The notes under the pieces are model-generated. The model searched no databases. It saw nothing but the letters and a program-made list of their open reading frames with translations, and was not told the origin of the DNA. The position numbers and the translations under genes are program-made. 64,000 bases of DNA from Lobosporangium transversale (lineage: Eukaryota): NCBI RefSeq assembly GCF_002105155.1, contig NW_019028990.1:620001-684000 (forward strand), in the 5' to 3' direction. Shown in pieces: positions 12,633 through 24,597 of the stretch (positions within the stretch are counted from its first letter, which is position 1; each line of letters begins with the position of its first letter).

Positions 12633-13329
12633 CATATTTGTTCTTCATGGAATATACCTGGAGTTCGAAATCTGCAGCGATAAATTTCTCCAAATTTAGT
12701 ATCAGACTCCATCGGTACCAGTCATGTACCATGGTTGTCCTGAAATGCTAAAATCTGAACACTCATCAAAGGCCGGCGCTTCAATACCGTTATTATCAAA
12801 TTGAATAGTAAGGCACTTAAAAAAGTGATCATGAAGTCACAAATTTAAAACATTCTCATTCCATTCTGCATTCTCATTGCACATTCCTTGGAATTCTTCA
12901 GCTCTTGCCTCGTAGAAAAGAAAACAGAATTACATTATTTCACATTGTATTAAAAGAAGAAAAATAAAAAAAAAAAAGCGTTTTTCTTTTGTGTTTATCA
13001 ACGAGAATGGTCTCAGAGGTCGCTCTGCGCTTCAACAGCCCCATTAAATTAGGGTAAAAGCAGGTTGTCAGCATTAATGGAAGGGGACGTTGTGGTCTTG
13101 ATGTGTGAGCGAGACTGATCGGGCCGTTAATTAAACTGCGCCACAAAGCCACTGGACTTGACTGGAGAATGTGGAGCAAAAAAAGCACTTGCATTCGAAT
13201 CCTTTTTTTTTTTTTTTTTTTTTTTTTGCTAAGAGACTTTCCAACCCTTTATCATTCCCCCTTTTACTCGATATACAAAGTTCATAAACAATCGTAATAG
13301 GAGTATATATTAAGGAACTTTATCTCATC

Positions 13330-14559
13330 ATGTCCAACAACCGTGCTCGCAAACTCGCCAAGAAGGTCGCAGCAGAACCTCTCACAGAGCTTGAAAAGGC
13401 TATTCGCGCCATCGATCTCGCTACAGAGTCTGCTAATGCAAACAAAGAACGCAAGCCATGCTATTGTTTAGGTAAGATAAAACAAGAGATTGCATTTTCA
13501 TGTAAATCATCAAGATTCTTTTTTATTGCAATAAAGTAATTTTTTTTTTTTTTTTTTTTTTTTTTTTCAGCTACGAAACACAAGTTGAACGTGTTTGCAC
13601 CAAATTGCTTAAACTGCGGCAAAATCATATGTGCTCTTGAAGGACCAGGCCCTTGTACCTACTGCGGCAGTCCCGTCGTGTCAATTGAACAACAACAAGC
13701 CATGATTCTTGAGCTCAAAAGGGAAAAAGCAGCTCTTGCCAAAGAAAAAGCCATGCTGACCTCTAAACGGAAGGCCAAAGCGGCTGTCATCAGCACAGCA
13801 GGCTATGCTAGTAAGGTTGGAGGCGGCCTCACTTCTTCCACAGGAGCCGCAGGAGGATGGGTAGACTTGGATCATGGGATGCATAGCAGCAGTGGTATGA
13901 CATCAGATGAGGAAATGGAAGAAGCCAAGAAGGCTTCATTAGCGGAGGCTCACAAGGAAAGATTGCTGGAGTACGATCGGACAAGTGCCCGTCGATCCCA
14001 TGTTATTGATCAGGCAACAGACTTTGTGCTCCCAGGCGATCGGCCAAACTTGTGGTTAACAGAAGAGGAAAGACAAAGGCAAGCGGCGAAGGCAAAAGAA
14101 AATCTAGAAAAGGCAACGGCAGCTGCAAGTGGATATCAACGCGCCAAGGTCATGACCATTGACGTCGTCAATCGCCGCGTGGTTGTCGAGGCAAATTCGG
14201 GAGCTCATGTGGACAAAGAAGAGGACGATACTGTCCCCGAGCCAGTGAATATAATTGATCAGGCGAAATCATCCAGTATAAGTGGGGGCGATAGACATGG
14301 TGGAAGAGGAGGCGCATTTGCGATGAACCCATTACTTCGGTTAGGCGAAAGTCCAACCTTTATCCCCAAGAGAATGAAAAACGCCAAGGAGGCGAAAGAG
14401 AAGATTCTCAAGATCAAAGCTGAGAATCCACGATTGCCCAAACTCCAGTATGATGATGGTAGCTATGCAGCATTGATGGACGATGCCCAGACTATGTCCA
14501 GTTCTGGAGCTGACTTACAGGAAGTCCTTGCTAGCGTTGTAGAGCCCAGTTGTGGATAG
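13330..14559 (+). CDS. Activating signal cointegrator 1 / Rqt4-like zf-C2HC5 protein
   Basis: Exons 13330-13471 and 13571-14559. Motifs CYCLATKH...NCLNCGKIICALEGPGPCTYCG and 'KERLLEYDRTSARRSHVIDQATDF'. Confidence 0.85.
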
Positions 14560-14740
14560 ATGAGCGTACTCTACTTGTTTATTTGTTTTATAAATGTGAT
14601 GATTGCTACTAAAGTACAATGCATATGCTTTACAAGCTCTCCATTTTTTTTTAGGATGTTGGAGGTGAATGTAAATGAATGCTATAAAATTGGTATTGGA
14701 GTATCCATAATCAGCTCGTGCGGCAACTTAAAAATAAAGC

Positions 14741-15113
14741 CTATTTCTCATCTTCACTCTCTTCATCGTCATCATCGTCATCATCCTCATCACTGTCATC
14801 CTCTGATCCAGATTCATCTTCAGAATCACCCTCTTCAGTATCTTTAGCATCGATATCATTATCATCGCCTCCTTTCTTTTTATGCTCCAATTTGCGAAGA
14901 TAACTCCTCCGCTCACGCTCTGTCATGCCACTCAATAATCTCTCGAGCTCCACCTGTTCTTGGATTACCTCTTTCTCTGTTTTGATGCTGGTAGGAACAA
15001 TATCCCGAGATTCTAAGCACTTTGCGCAAACATTTTTCTCTCCTGCACACTTGTTACACATGACATGATATGCGTCCTTGATAGCCTTTTGTTCGCAACT
15101 GACACTATTAAAC

Positions 15114-15147
<34 letters not shown>

Positions 15148-15492
15148 CGTCAATTTCCAGGTATTCCTTTTATTAACCATGTATACTTCTTTTTCCTCAT
15201 CTCCTGCGATATGATCTATCGAGATGTAGATATGTAGACGTAAAAATAAAAAATTCCTTTACCATTTCTTCATTGTTGTCAAAGGCTTATATTTCTTAAA
15301 CTTCTTTCGCCACATGATAACTTCATAGCATTTTTCACAGAGACCGCCCACAGGCATAGCAGCAATCTTCTTGGTGATCTTTGAACCTTTATTGGCATGG
15401 AAAGCATAAGCGTTCTTATGGGCTTGAGCACTCTTCTTGTTGTTACCCTTCCGGGTGGACACCTTTTTGGGATCATAGACACCCTCTGGCAT
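14741..15492 (-). CDS. DUF2039 / C9orf85-like Zn-binding protein with acidic tail
   Basis: Exons 15492-15263 and 15104-14741. Motif QAHKNAYAF...CEKC...WRKKFKKYKPL...CVSC...AYHVMCNKC...CAKC. Confidence 0.8.
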
Positions 15493-15849
15493 TGTTAAAT
15501 ATATACTTTATATAAATGGGAAATAAGAAGAAGGAAAGACGAATTGAGTTTGGAGTAGTCCAAGGAAAATGGAGTAAATGGGTGATCGAGGTTAGTGTAG
15601 ACGAGGAGATGGCAAAATCCAACTGCGGTTGTTATTGTGGTTATTGTGGAGGAATTCAGCCAGTCACAAAAAAAAAAAAGAGAGAGAAAAGCCACGCTGG
15701 TCAAGGCACAGCCCCATTCCCATGCAAGATAAGATATACACGAAACATTCCATCTATTGTAAAAAGAAGAAATGTATTAGAACACAGAAATAAATAAATA
15801 AATAAATAAATTAACCAAGAAAAAAAAGTACTATCAAACCAATTTTTTT

Positions 15850-15889
15850 AAGACGAAGGCCTTTCTGGACCTAGTCATGTTTGTAGTAG
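15850..15889 (-). ncRNA. Candidate Fanzor omegaRNA scaffold 3' part / element right end
   Basis: It begins 8 nt after the stop codon (15898) of the C-terminal tail frame and is conserved in 3 copies. It folds as GAC-u-AGGUC[loop]GGCCU-uc-GUC, and both variant bases lie in the loop. The RNA function is inferred. Confidence 0.5.
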
Positions 15890-15897
15890 ATTGTGTC

Positions 15898-18776
15898 CTA
15901 CTGTTGTTGTCGGCTTGTCTCTCCCCCTCCTCCTGGACCCAGCAAAGGCCCTTTCGGTGGTCTTGATCCCTCTACTCCTCCTCCTCCTTCATCTGAAAAT
16001 TTCCTTTTTGTGGATCTGCTACTACCACCACCACTGCCACCACTGCCACCACTACCTCCACCGCCGCCACTACCGCTAGAAGCTTGGCCTTGAGTTCCTC
16101 CGTCCGGCGGCATATATATATTTTGCAGGTCGTTTTTGCTCTCTTATCTGCGACTCACAGACCCTTGCGATGTTCTCAGCACCAACAGCATCTCGATCAA
16201 AGTATGCTTTACAATTTCGGCAGTACTTGGATCGAAAAGGAACATTCTCCAATATACTGTCACAGTGAGGCCGTGGACACTTGGCAGATGTGTAGTATTC
16301 ATGACAACCTACAATGGGGTAGTCTAGAGATTTTGCCTGTTCGAGCCAGATTTAATACTCGTTAAAAAAGAGACTCAAAAATTGAATGTCATTGATCAAG
16401 GGATTTTTTTTTTACCTTTTCAACAAGCTTCTTCATCAATATCCCATGCTTCGATACTTGTCCTCGGTTTGTCTTGAATGATCCTAGTCCAATACAGATC
16501 ACCGCATTCGTATTGGCATCTCTTCTTCTTCCATTGCTTCCGCCCGCAAGCTTCAGAATTGCCTTGATCACATAATCAACGCATCCGTTCTGTGCTTTTC
16601 TAATATCCCAGCTATTCCGAACAAACCACCCGTCATTATAGAAATCGACAAGCGCCCTATATATAGTCTCCCTATTGTCGTCACTGGTCCCAGATCCACT
16701 GCTACTACTGGCCTCAACTCCACTGCTACTACCGGTCCCTGCTCTACTGGCCCCAACCCCACTACCAGAGAAACTACCTCCAGTACTTGATGGAGCTTGA
16801 TTTAGCGCAAGCTCATATAAGCGGAATACTGTGTTAAAGTAGGCCTTGAGAATGACGGAATATTGCTTTCAATCTCTGTAATTCCTCTTCTAAGCTTTCG
16901 CCTCTCTAGCTCGCCCTGAAACTTCTTGGATGGTTTGTAAAGGTACGCTCTAGAAATCCGGAGGATCTCACGTTCGTTAGGTTCCCTTGGATCCAACTTT
17001 GCAATTGTCATCGAGTACCTCTCGCCTGGATCGATCCCAATGATAATGGTACTTTCGGGGGGAGGGCATGCTGCCTGGGTGTCATATTTAACTTCTACAT
17101 TCTCGAGGAGACGGGATCTCTGCTTCCAGTTGATCTCACGCCGGGGACTGGGACTCACCGGGAACAGTGGATTTGTGCTCGATGTACCTTCTTCAGCTGC
17201 TTCTTCTCCCTCTTCGCCATCTAAGAATGGTTCATCAACTTCGAGCAAGTCAATATCGCTGATACCCAGCAAGATATCGTCATCTTCATTTCCGTCGTCG
17301 TCTCCATCATCACCACCATCACCTGCACCATGGCCTGAAGACGAGGATCCCTGCTGAGCACTTGAAGAAGCCTGGACTGCTTGAGATCTTTGAGTATCCG
17401 AAGGTTGGGCAGCTTGCGAACCTCTACCTCTTTTTTGCTTCGATGTGTCAAAGGCAAGAAGTGTTAGGGCATGGCCGTTTGTAAAGAACGATGTCCGTAG
17501 TTTCCTTCTAGGGCCATCATCAGATTGCAGTCCAACGTCCTTGTATCCTTTCAAGGAAAACAGCTCCTGCAACAATATCCCCTTGTAGTTAAGGATCTTG
17601 TCCTCCGCAGCCCCCTTGGTACTCATGTTTAGTTCCAACAATTGGACTATTTCCTCTCGAACTGTTGGATTAGACCATAATATATCCAGGAGACAGACTT
17701 CCGTTAAGCAGAGAGACCGAGGCAAGAAAGCAGACGTAGGGAAATCCAGATATTTTTTGGCAGTTGCATTTTGCTCAAAAAAGAATTGGATGGAACTTCT
17801 TCCATCGCCTGGAATATCTATGTCAAACTAGACATTATATTGAAGAAATGATTAGGAACATTTCTATAAACATATTATAAGATAACCTCAAAATATTATA
17901 ATATTATATTTACCTGCGCATTCCGATAGTGAGACCTTAGCGCTGCTTGAACAGGGACCATGACCATCCGAGACGACCTGCTGATCACCAAATCGGGATA
18001 GATCTGGTTTAAAGGACCAAGTCCTGTCTTTGCATAGAAGTTTTCGTATGCTTTGAGCTGGGACGGCTTGGCTACGTTCCCTTCGCCTTTTTTCTTCACT
18101 TCCCTGCTATACCTAGATAATGGACTCATCACTCCGTGATACAACAACGCAGCAAGGCCGTAAATAAAGTCCCTGCTATCAAGAACTTCATCTAGGAGTT
18201 GTGGGAGATCAGCTGGATTGGATGGCCCAGTGGTAAGCAGGTTATCGATCCACAAGGCGCAGGCCCAGAAAGCTCAAATCCGTGCCTCATTCAACATTTT
18301 AATAAATGATTGAATGAGCCCTTGAATTGTTGCAGCAAGTTGCTCGGGATTGAGATTGGGATCGGAAGTAGAGTCCAGCTTGGCAACTACACATGTCTTT
18401 AACGTGCCCAGAGTTAATGCAACAGTGGGGTGGGCCCTCTTCAACCGTCGGTCCTCGGCAGTAGCCTCCTTCACTTTCCTGGTCTTATCAGTCTTTCTGA
18501 TATACTTGGCCTTCCCTTTGTTCTTCTTTTTTTTCTTCTTTTCCTCCTTAACCTCCTCTTCTTTGTCATCCTCTTTTTTTTCCTTTTCCTTTTTTTGGGG
18601 GACTTTCTTTGACGGCTGGAGCTGACGGGACGGTCGTGTTGTTTGCAGTTGGTCAGGTCATATTTCTTAGGGGAAAGTTCCTTTTTCTGGGTAGGGAAAA
18701 AAGGCCGATAGCGATTCGGCTTTGCGCGTTTAGGGATATAGAATCTAATTAGGAACAACAATGTCAAGGGTTAGAT

Positions 18777-18811
<35 letters not shown>

Positions 18812-19870
18812 TATATGCTTTGGAAAATGTTCATTTGAAGGAGCTTACCTGGGTTGAGGTTGATTATTTTTATTCTGGTACCTAGCAGATATCGCAGTCC
18901 TCATTCTATCATGGTAATGAAGGAATCTTTCAGCGGTTGGTTGCTGCGAGGCCTGGGTTTGGATCCCACCAAAGAAAACATTAATTGAATGGTCAAACTG
19001 GCCTTCTGCAGGAGTTCGACGGCTACGGGCATGGACCTCACGAACATATGATACCGTCAACTTTTCGGCATCAGTGTCAGTGAGCGCGGAGATAATCTCA
19101 GCATTTGTAGCAAGACCAAAGGTTGGGATATTTGGGGTGTAATCGTTATCGGATATAATGCCATAGACCAGGAGTTGACTGTTCCTTGAAAACCCAAGGG
19201 CTTGCAGGACCTCTTGTTTCTCATAGAGTGCAAACATGTGATGGCGACGAGGGATTGGACGAAGAACTCTTTTTATAGAAGGATAGATGAGAAGGTCAGA
19301 GTCCCCAGACACAGCGATACTGGTTGGTGTACATTTGGCGGCAATACACACATCAGCCTCATTTCTACAATGGCAAATCACAAAGTTATTGTATCGACCG
19401 AATGGCGCCGCGAGCTCCCTCTTCTCGTTATGACTGAATGTGAAGAGCTGTCGAAGATTCTTTTTAATGGCAATCATATGGCTTCGAGATTCCCATTTGC
19501 CTTCATTGGACTTGGTTTCCATGTTGGCTATGAGCGTATCGAGTTTTGCATCCGCTGCTGTACGCTTAGCATCTCGGTCCCTATAGGCACGCGTTTTTTC
19601 TTCGCAGCGAGGCCCATCAATGTGTATCGTCACTGTGGCAAGAGGACCAAAGATCTTTCGAATGATACTAGCCATAGCATGGCCGCAGGCAGTGAAAGAA
19701 CTCTGCCGGCTGAATCTCCTTAGGATGATATTATGTATATCGCTGTGGAAAGTGCCAAGCAGACCCAGCTCAAAAGATGAATGGGGTTCAGCAGCAAGCT
19801 CATGTACATCAATCTCCTTTGGTGGCAGGTCCCTCCTTGAAAGGTATGAATAGAGTCCTTTAATACCCAT
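15898..19870 (-). pseudogene. XPG/FEN1-like PIN nuclease fused to a Fanzor1 (TnpB-like RuvC + Zn finger) nuclease; spliced, disrupted, about 1200 aa when repaired
   Basis: Exons 19870-18849, 18744-17914, 17827-16416 and 16336-16076 (or to 15898 in the tail frame), all GT-AG. PIN motifs: MGIKGL, IHIDG, EAD, SGDSDLL, DNDY..IPTFG. RuvC-I: IIIGIDPGE. Then FYNDGWF..SWD and VICIGLGSF. RuvC-II/ZnF: GCHEYYTSAKCPRPHC...YCRNC. RuvC-III: FDRDAVGAENIA...RPAKY. Lesions are frameshifts at about 18650 and 16810 and an in-frame TGA at 18274-18276. Confidence 0.88.
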
Positions 19871-20100
19871 CTAGAGAAAGTATAGTGTAAAACAGTGCAA
19901 GCAACGTTGGTTTAAGCGGCTAAAGATTGAAGCTGAAGTTGTTAGAGTAGAGATAGTTTACCTTTAAGAAAGCAAAAAGTTATGATCTGTGAGGGGATGA
20001 GGGTGTAAGAGTACGGGTGAGAGCGCGAAAGCAATGTCGTTGTAAAATGAGAGAGAGAGAGAGAGGGAAAAGAGAAGGAGGCAGGACGTATTTATAGGTG
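19871..20100 (-). promoter_or_regulatory. Putative Pol II promoter and 5'-UTR intron of the PIN-Fanzor gene
   Basis: TATAAATA at about 20096-20089 (minus strand), then a CT-rich tract, then a GTAAAC...CTAG intron at 19961-19871 that ends directly before the ATG. Confidence 0.45.
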
Positions 20101-20757
20101 TATGAAAGAGAACGAAACAAAAGGCTGATGAATTTGGAACAACTCGAAACAATAAGATGCGACAAGTTTTAACTTTTTGGATTTCGAGTATTGTTTACAG
20201 CTCTTCTCCAATCATCTACATTTACCAAATCAAGCCTTCGCCATGACAATCAACAAGAAATAAAAAAAACAGACTTCCTTACGTCCCCCCTCGGTATGTG
20301 TATCTGTCTGAACACGTCCTAACTGACATCCTCTCGACAATCCTTCCAAGGCTGCAGTGTTTGAATGTGTACAGGGAACAAAAGAGGTCTAGATACAGGC
20401 TCTCTTTGTGACATTGAAGGAGATCGCATGTTTCATGGCTATCAAGACAAGGTACCCCTACAGGCACAAGACAAAGGTATAACTCGGTTCAAACTCAAAG
20501 GAACGATTTTGCCAATGACCTTGTTCTGAATCCACTTGCCTATGACACAGTCCAGACGAAGAGACACCAGCAGTCTGACGTAGATGAAGAAGATCTCAGC
20601 CAGGAATTGAAACTTTCTCAAGGATTCCTTAACACGGCGTGTTTTAAAGGCAGCCGGTGAAGACCTGACAGATGAAGACTACGCAAACATAAACTGGAAG
20701 AGGAGCCCCAAACTTCTTGAAAACGTTGGACTCATATTCCATGAGCTAGGGCGATGC

Positions 20758-21958
20758 TCATCTGCAAATACCACAACTACCGTCTAATGCGATCCTGGTA
20801 TTGTTAATGCCCTTACGTTTTCTTCGCTAGACCGTCACAACCCTGACCTGCGTCAAGCGGTGAAGGTGAGAAGTAGGCTCGTCAACAGCCTGTGTGCCTT
20901 ATATGCGTTGCACCAATGCTCACTGACAGGTTGAGTCCAAATTCGAGATACCAAAATAGCCTTCTTTGAATCCATGGGGAGGAAAGACACCAAGCCGGCA
21001 ACAACAATAGGATATGATCAGTTGCATATTTCACAGTACACGTGTTTCATGAAAATTTATAATACAGACATACTAACAGCTCTATGCCCCATGGTGTGGT
21101 GCCCGAGACAACCTTGCAGTTTTATTTTGATACAAATTTGGATAAATGCCCCATGGATGTGATGTGTGAATCCACATCCTATTCTCACTTCTGCTCCCTG
21201 GTTACTATTTGTCTGTCTAAAATTTTTCATGAGCTACTACAAACATGACTAGGTCGGGAAAGGCCTTCGTCTTGAAGAAGTTGTAAGTATTCGCTTGACA
21301 GTGCTTTCTTGACTAATCTCTTTATTTCTATGCTTGGTCTAGATTGTGTTTTTTTTATGGGGAGGACTATTTAGACAACATATAGACCCCACATATCTTA
21401 ATCCTAATAAATTGGCTTGGTGGCATTGTTGTAAAAAATATCTTTGCTTAAGGGATAGAAAGATAGACACAATCAGGAAAAGGCAGGACAAAGAGTGTCA
21501 ACAAGATTGACAAGAGAAAATAGAGTCAAATAACCTTGACTACAAACAGCGCCATAGAATGTCAAAAGAAAAGATGGGAGCTTTATAGGTGAGCTCACAA
21601 ACTGAGTTACCGGAAGACAAATGCTTGTTGTGAAAAGGGGAAAAAGATAAATGGCAAGATGAACTGCGGGTGAAGAATAAGACATGTGGGGAAAACTGAA
21701 GACTTTATTAAGAAGGAAGTTTCTTTGGCTTTTATACTCGGTAGTTTCTAGGTGAGGCGGACCCGCCTATGACTACAGAGGCTTTGCGCAAAGATTCCTT
21801 TAAGCTGGTTCGACAGATTAGTGGATACAAAATAAACTGAAATTAATTTTAATGACCAGTCACACCACTTGCAATAACAAGCGAGTCAATTGGCTGCCAA
21901 TACATTTAAGAGTATTCAAAAAATATAAGGGATCGCGACCAAATGGAACAGACTATAC
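20758..21958. repeat. 1.2-kb inverted copy of 1882-3082, ending about 28 bp past the BET3 stop
   Basis: Direct sequence match. Confidence 0.95.
21234..21273 (+). repeat. Copy of the 40-nt Fanzor 3'-end motif, inverted relative to 15850-15889
   Basis: Sequence ctactacaaacatgactaggtcgggaaaggccttcgtctt. Confidence 0.85.
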
Positions 21959-21985
21959 ACAAAACTCCCTGAGCAAATATTCTTT

Positions 21986-23123
21986 TTAATCCTCGCCTGC
22001 GGGGACTTCCTCCTCGAGGTAACGAATAAGCTTTACTCGGATTTCTGTTACATCGTCTCCACGAAGCGTATCTGTCACAAAGAAGGCATCCACTTGCATT
22101 TGAACCTAGAAAAATCGAAAGAAAAAAGAAAGAAATGTCAGTGCTTGCTGGAAGTCAAAGTCTTTTTGAAAAATAATCTATATAAGCAAACACATCTCTT
22201 TGGTTATATTATCTATCCATCTCTCTCTCCTTCATTCTTACCATTTCTAAAGCTCCGCGCAAGACACCACAGAGAATATTTGAGTACCAAAATTCATCCA
22301 TGAGCGCCTGATCAGGCAGCTCGACACACTCTGCCAAGGGATTATCCTCCAATACCAATGAAAACTCTTTTCCATCTGTAGAAATATTAGTCACGGCTGG
22401 TGTGATATTCAAAAACATTTTGAACCCGATTTTGGAAATCATCTCGGCCGTCTCACGGAAGTCCTGACATCTGCCTACACCAGATCGTGCAAGAAAATCC
22501 TCAATCAAACGCGTTCCGATGTTATATCCCCTAAAGCGAAATAAGAACAATTACACCAAAATATTTAGTAAAGCCAAATATGTCGAAAGGCAAGTTTTTT
22601 TCAGCTAGGGGGTAACTATTCTTTCTCTTTCTTTGTGGTAAATTTATCTTTTCATTTATGGCAATGTTTCTTACATCTTCTCCAATTGTTTGTTAACCTC
22701 TGTGAAATCCTCATAATCTTTGACCAATTGAGCAACAATGGAGCCGTATGTTAATGTAAAAAGTTCCGCGTTCTAGACGTGTCCATGTTTTATAATGCAC
22801 GAATGATTGTGGGGAAACAAATATATAAAAAAATGCTGTTAGAGTATGAGTCAAGTCAAAGGTCTTTGTTCTTTCAAATGGTAGTCATATGAGAACACTC
22901 CCAGGGCTCAAAGACTAGATAGACACTTTTTATGGTTATAGTAAAAGGAGAATCGATGTGATGGCGCATTGAATCCTCGGTTACTTTTTTTTTTTTCCTC
23001 CCAGTTTTATTTCGTTTTGGGTTGAGATGAGGAGTTGTGCGATTGCAGGTTATTTTTTCTTACAATTTTCTCGACCTTGGTCTTCCAGATTTCGTCCCCA
23101 ACATTCTTGTATTGTTTTGCCAT
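21986..23123 (-). CDS. BET3: TRAPP complex subunit Bet3 (TRAPPC3), 4 exons
   Basis: [36 protein letters not shown]...[16 protein letters not shown]...[20 protein letters not shown]...EEEVPAGED*. Confidence 0.95.
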
Positions 23124-23204
23124 TTCCTCTGATGTTTTGTCTATTCCTTTGTTCCTATGATAAACTGATGCTTTGCTCTCTCTCTTTTTTTTTTGAGTGT
23201 GATG

Positions 23205-23236
<32 letters not shown>

Positions 23237-24597
23237 AACCACGAGAGATGGGAAGAGAACACCATGTTTCTCTCTTTTTTGGATTCTTTGTCACGTGTGT
23301 AGCGATCGCGTCTGTCTCCTACTTTTTTTGTTGCATGCTCCTATTGAACTTTGGCATCACTTACTGATGCTAAACCCTATTATAGAAAATATTTCTAGAA
23401 ATGTCAGTGAGTGCAAGTGACAAGACCTCTTCCCAGCATGCTAAAAGATCTGACCAAAAGCAGCTCCTGTAGGCAGAAGCTACTCGCATACTGATACAAA
23501 ATGAAATACTCCTTATTTTCAAGTTAATGCAGGAAGATTCTTACGAGAATAGGATAACAGAGTCATAAATTTTTAGCAATAGCATCAAAGCCTTTCCTTT
23601 TTTTTTTAAGGAGTGGATTGGGATGAGAGGTCAAAGCTGAAAGAGGGAGTAGAGGAGAAGGTGTGCGCCGAGCGGAGGCAGAAGAAGATTAGGAGAAACC
23701 CAGAGTCTAGGTATGGACAACAAGTGCATTGCCTTGCCCGTATAGAACCTATTGCTTGATACTTTAGGGACCACAATCTGCTGCGCCGTGTTAGAAACAG
23801 ACAGGGCATCTGGACGTGCTATATCCTATTGGAGTATTGTGCAATCAACTTCAGTTAATAGGTATACAGCGACAAATATCGTCAATGATGAGCTGATCCC
23901 GCACAGACAACCACCGTTGGGGAATCTGAACTATGAATAAACCTGCTGTAATTCCCGACGGAAAACACTAAAAAAAAAAAAAAAAACAGTAATAAGCAAG
24001 GAGAACAGCATAACAAAAACAAGGTGTCTTGAGTAACCATCCATGCAATGCAATGTTCATGTATCGATAACTTTACATTTCAACGGACACAAAGTTGACC
24101 CGTCTCATATTGTTGTCATAATAGAAAAGGTATGAATGTGAATGAAAAGTTGTCATTGAAATTCATTTTCTCCATTTGACTTTCAAGCAAGGCCATTTCT
24201 TTCTTTTGCTTCTTTCCTTTTTTTTATATTCATTCGATTCATTCGATTCACTCGATTCATTAAACAATTTCATTCCTGCTTCAGTACCTTACTTTTTTTT
24301 TTTTTTATTTTTATTTGAGTAACTTTTGCCCATTATCAATATACCAGCATTTTTTTTTTCCGTTAGAAAAGAAGTCATTCACAAGAAAGAAAAGGAAAAG
24401 GCTCAAATATACGCTTGTTCATTGAATGAGCCAGTAGAGCAGTATCTGTTACAAAGGAAAGGCGAAAAAATTCGTGAGAAAGATAAACCTGGCTCCCCAA
24501 GATAAGTTAATAACAACATCCGGGACTTCGTCAGAACAACCAGGCACACCAAGAATTCTATCAATAGAGCTTTCAACATCCGTGCAAGCAGATAACA

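Noticed and set aside
16684..16765. Roughly 24-bp tandem repeats resembling a mini CRISPR array
   Set aside because: There are no unique spacers. The repeats encode a Gly/Ser-rich insertion in the Fanzor frame.
18845..19870. Stand-alone housekeeping FEN1/EXO1/XPG gene
   Set aside because: The ORF stop lies inside a GTAAGC donor that splices in frame into the downstream Fanzor exons, and the sequence is too divergent from canonical Rad27/Exo1.
15850..21273. Confident call of a 5.4-kb TIR DNA transposon
   Set aside because: There is no TSD and no transposase, and the right-hand motif also occurs at 2567 inside a duplicated block. Kept only as an alternative hypothesis.
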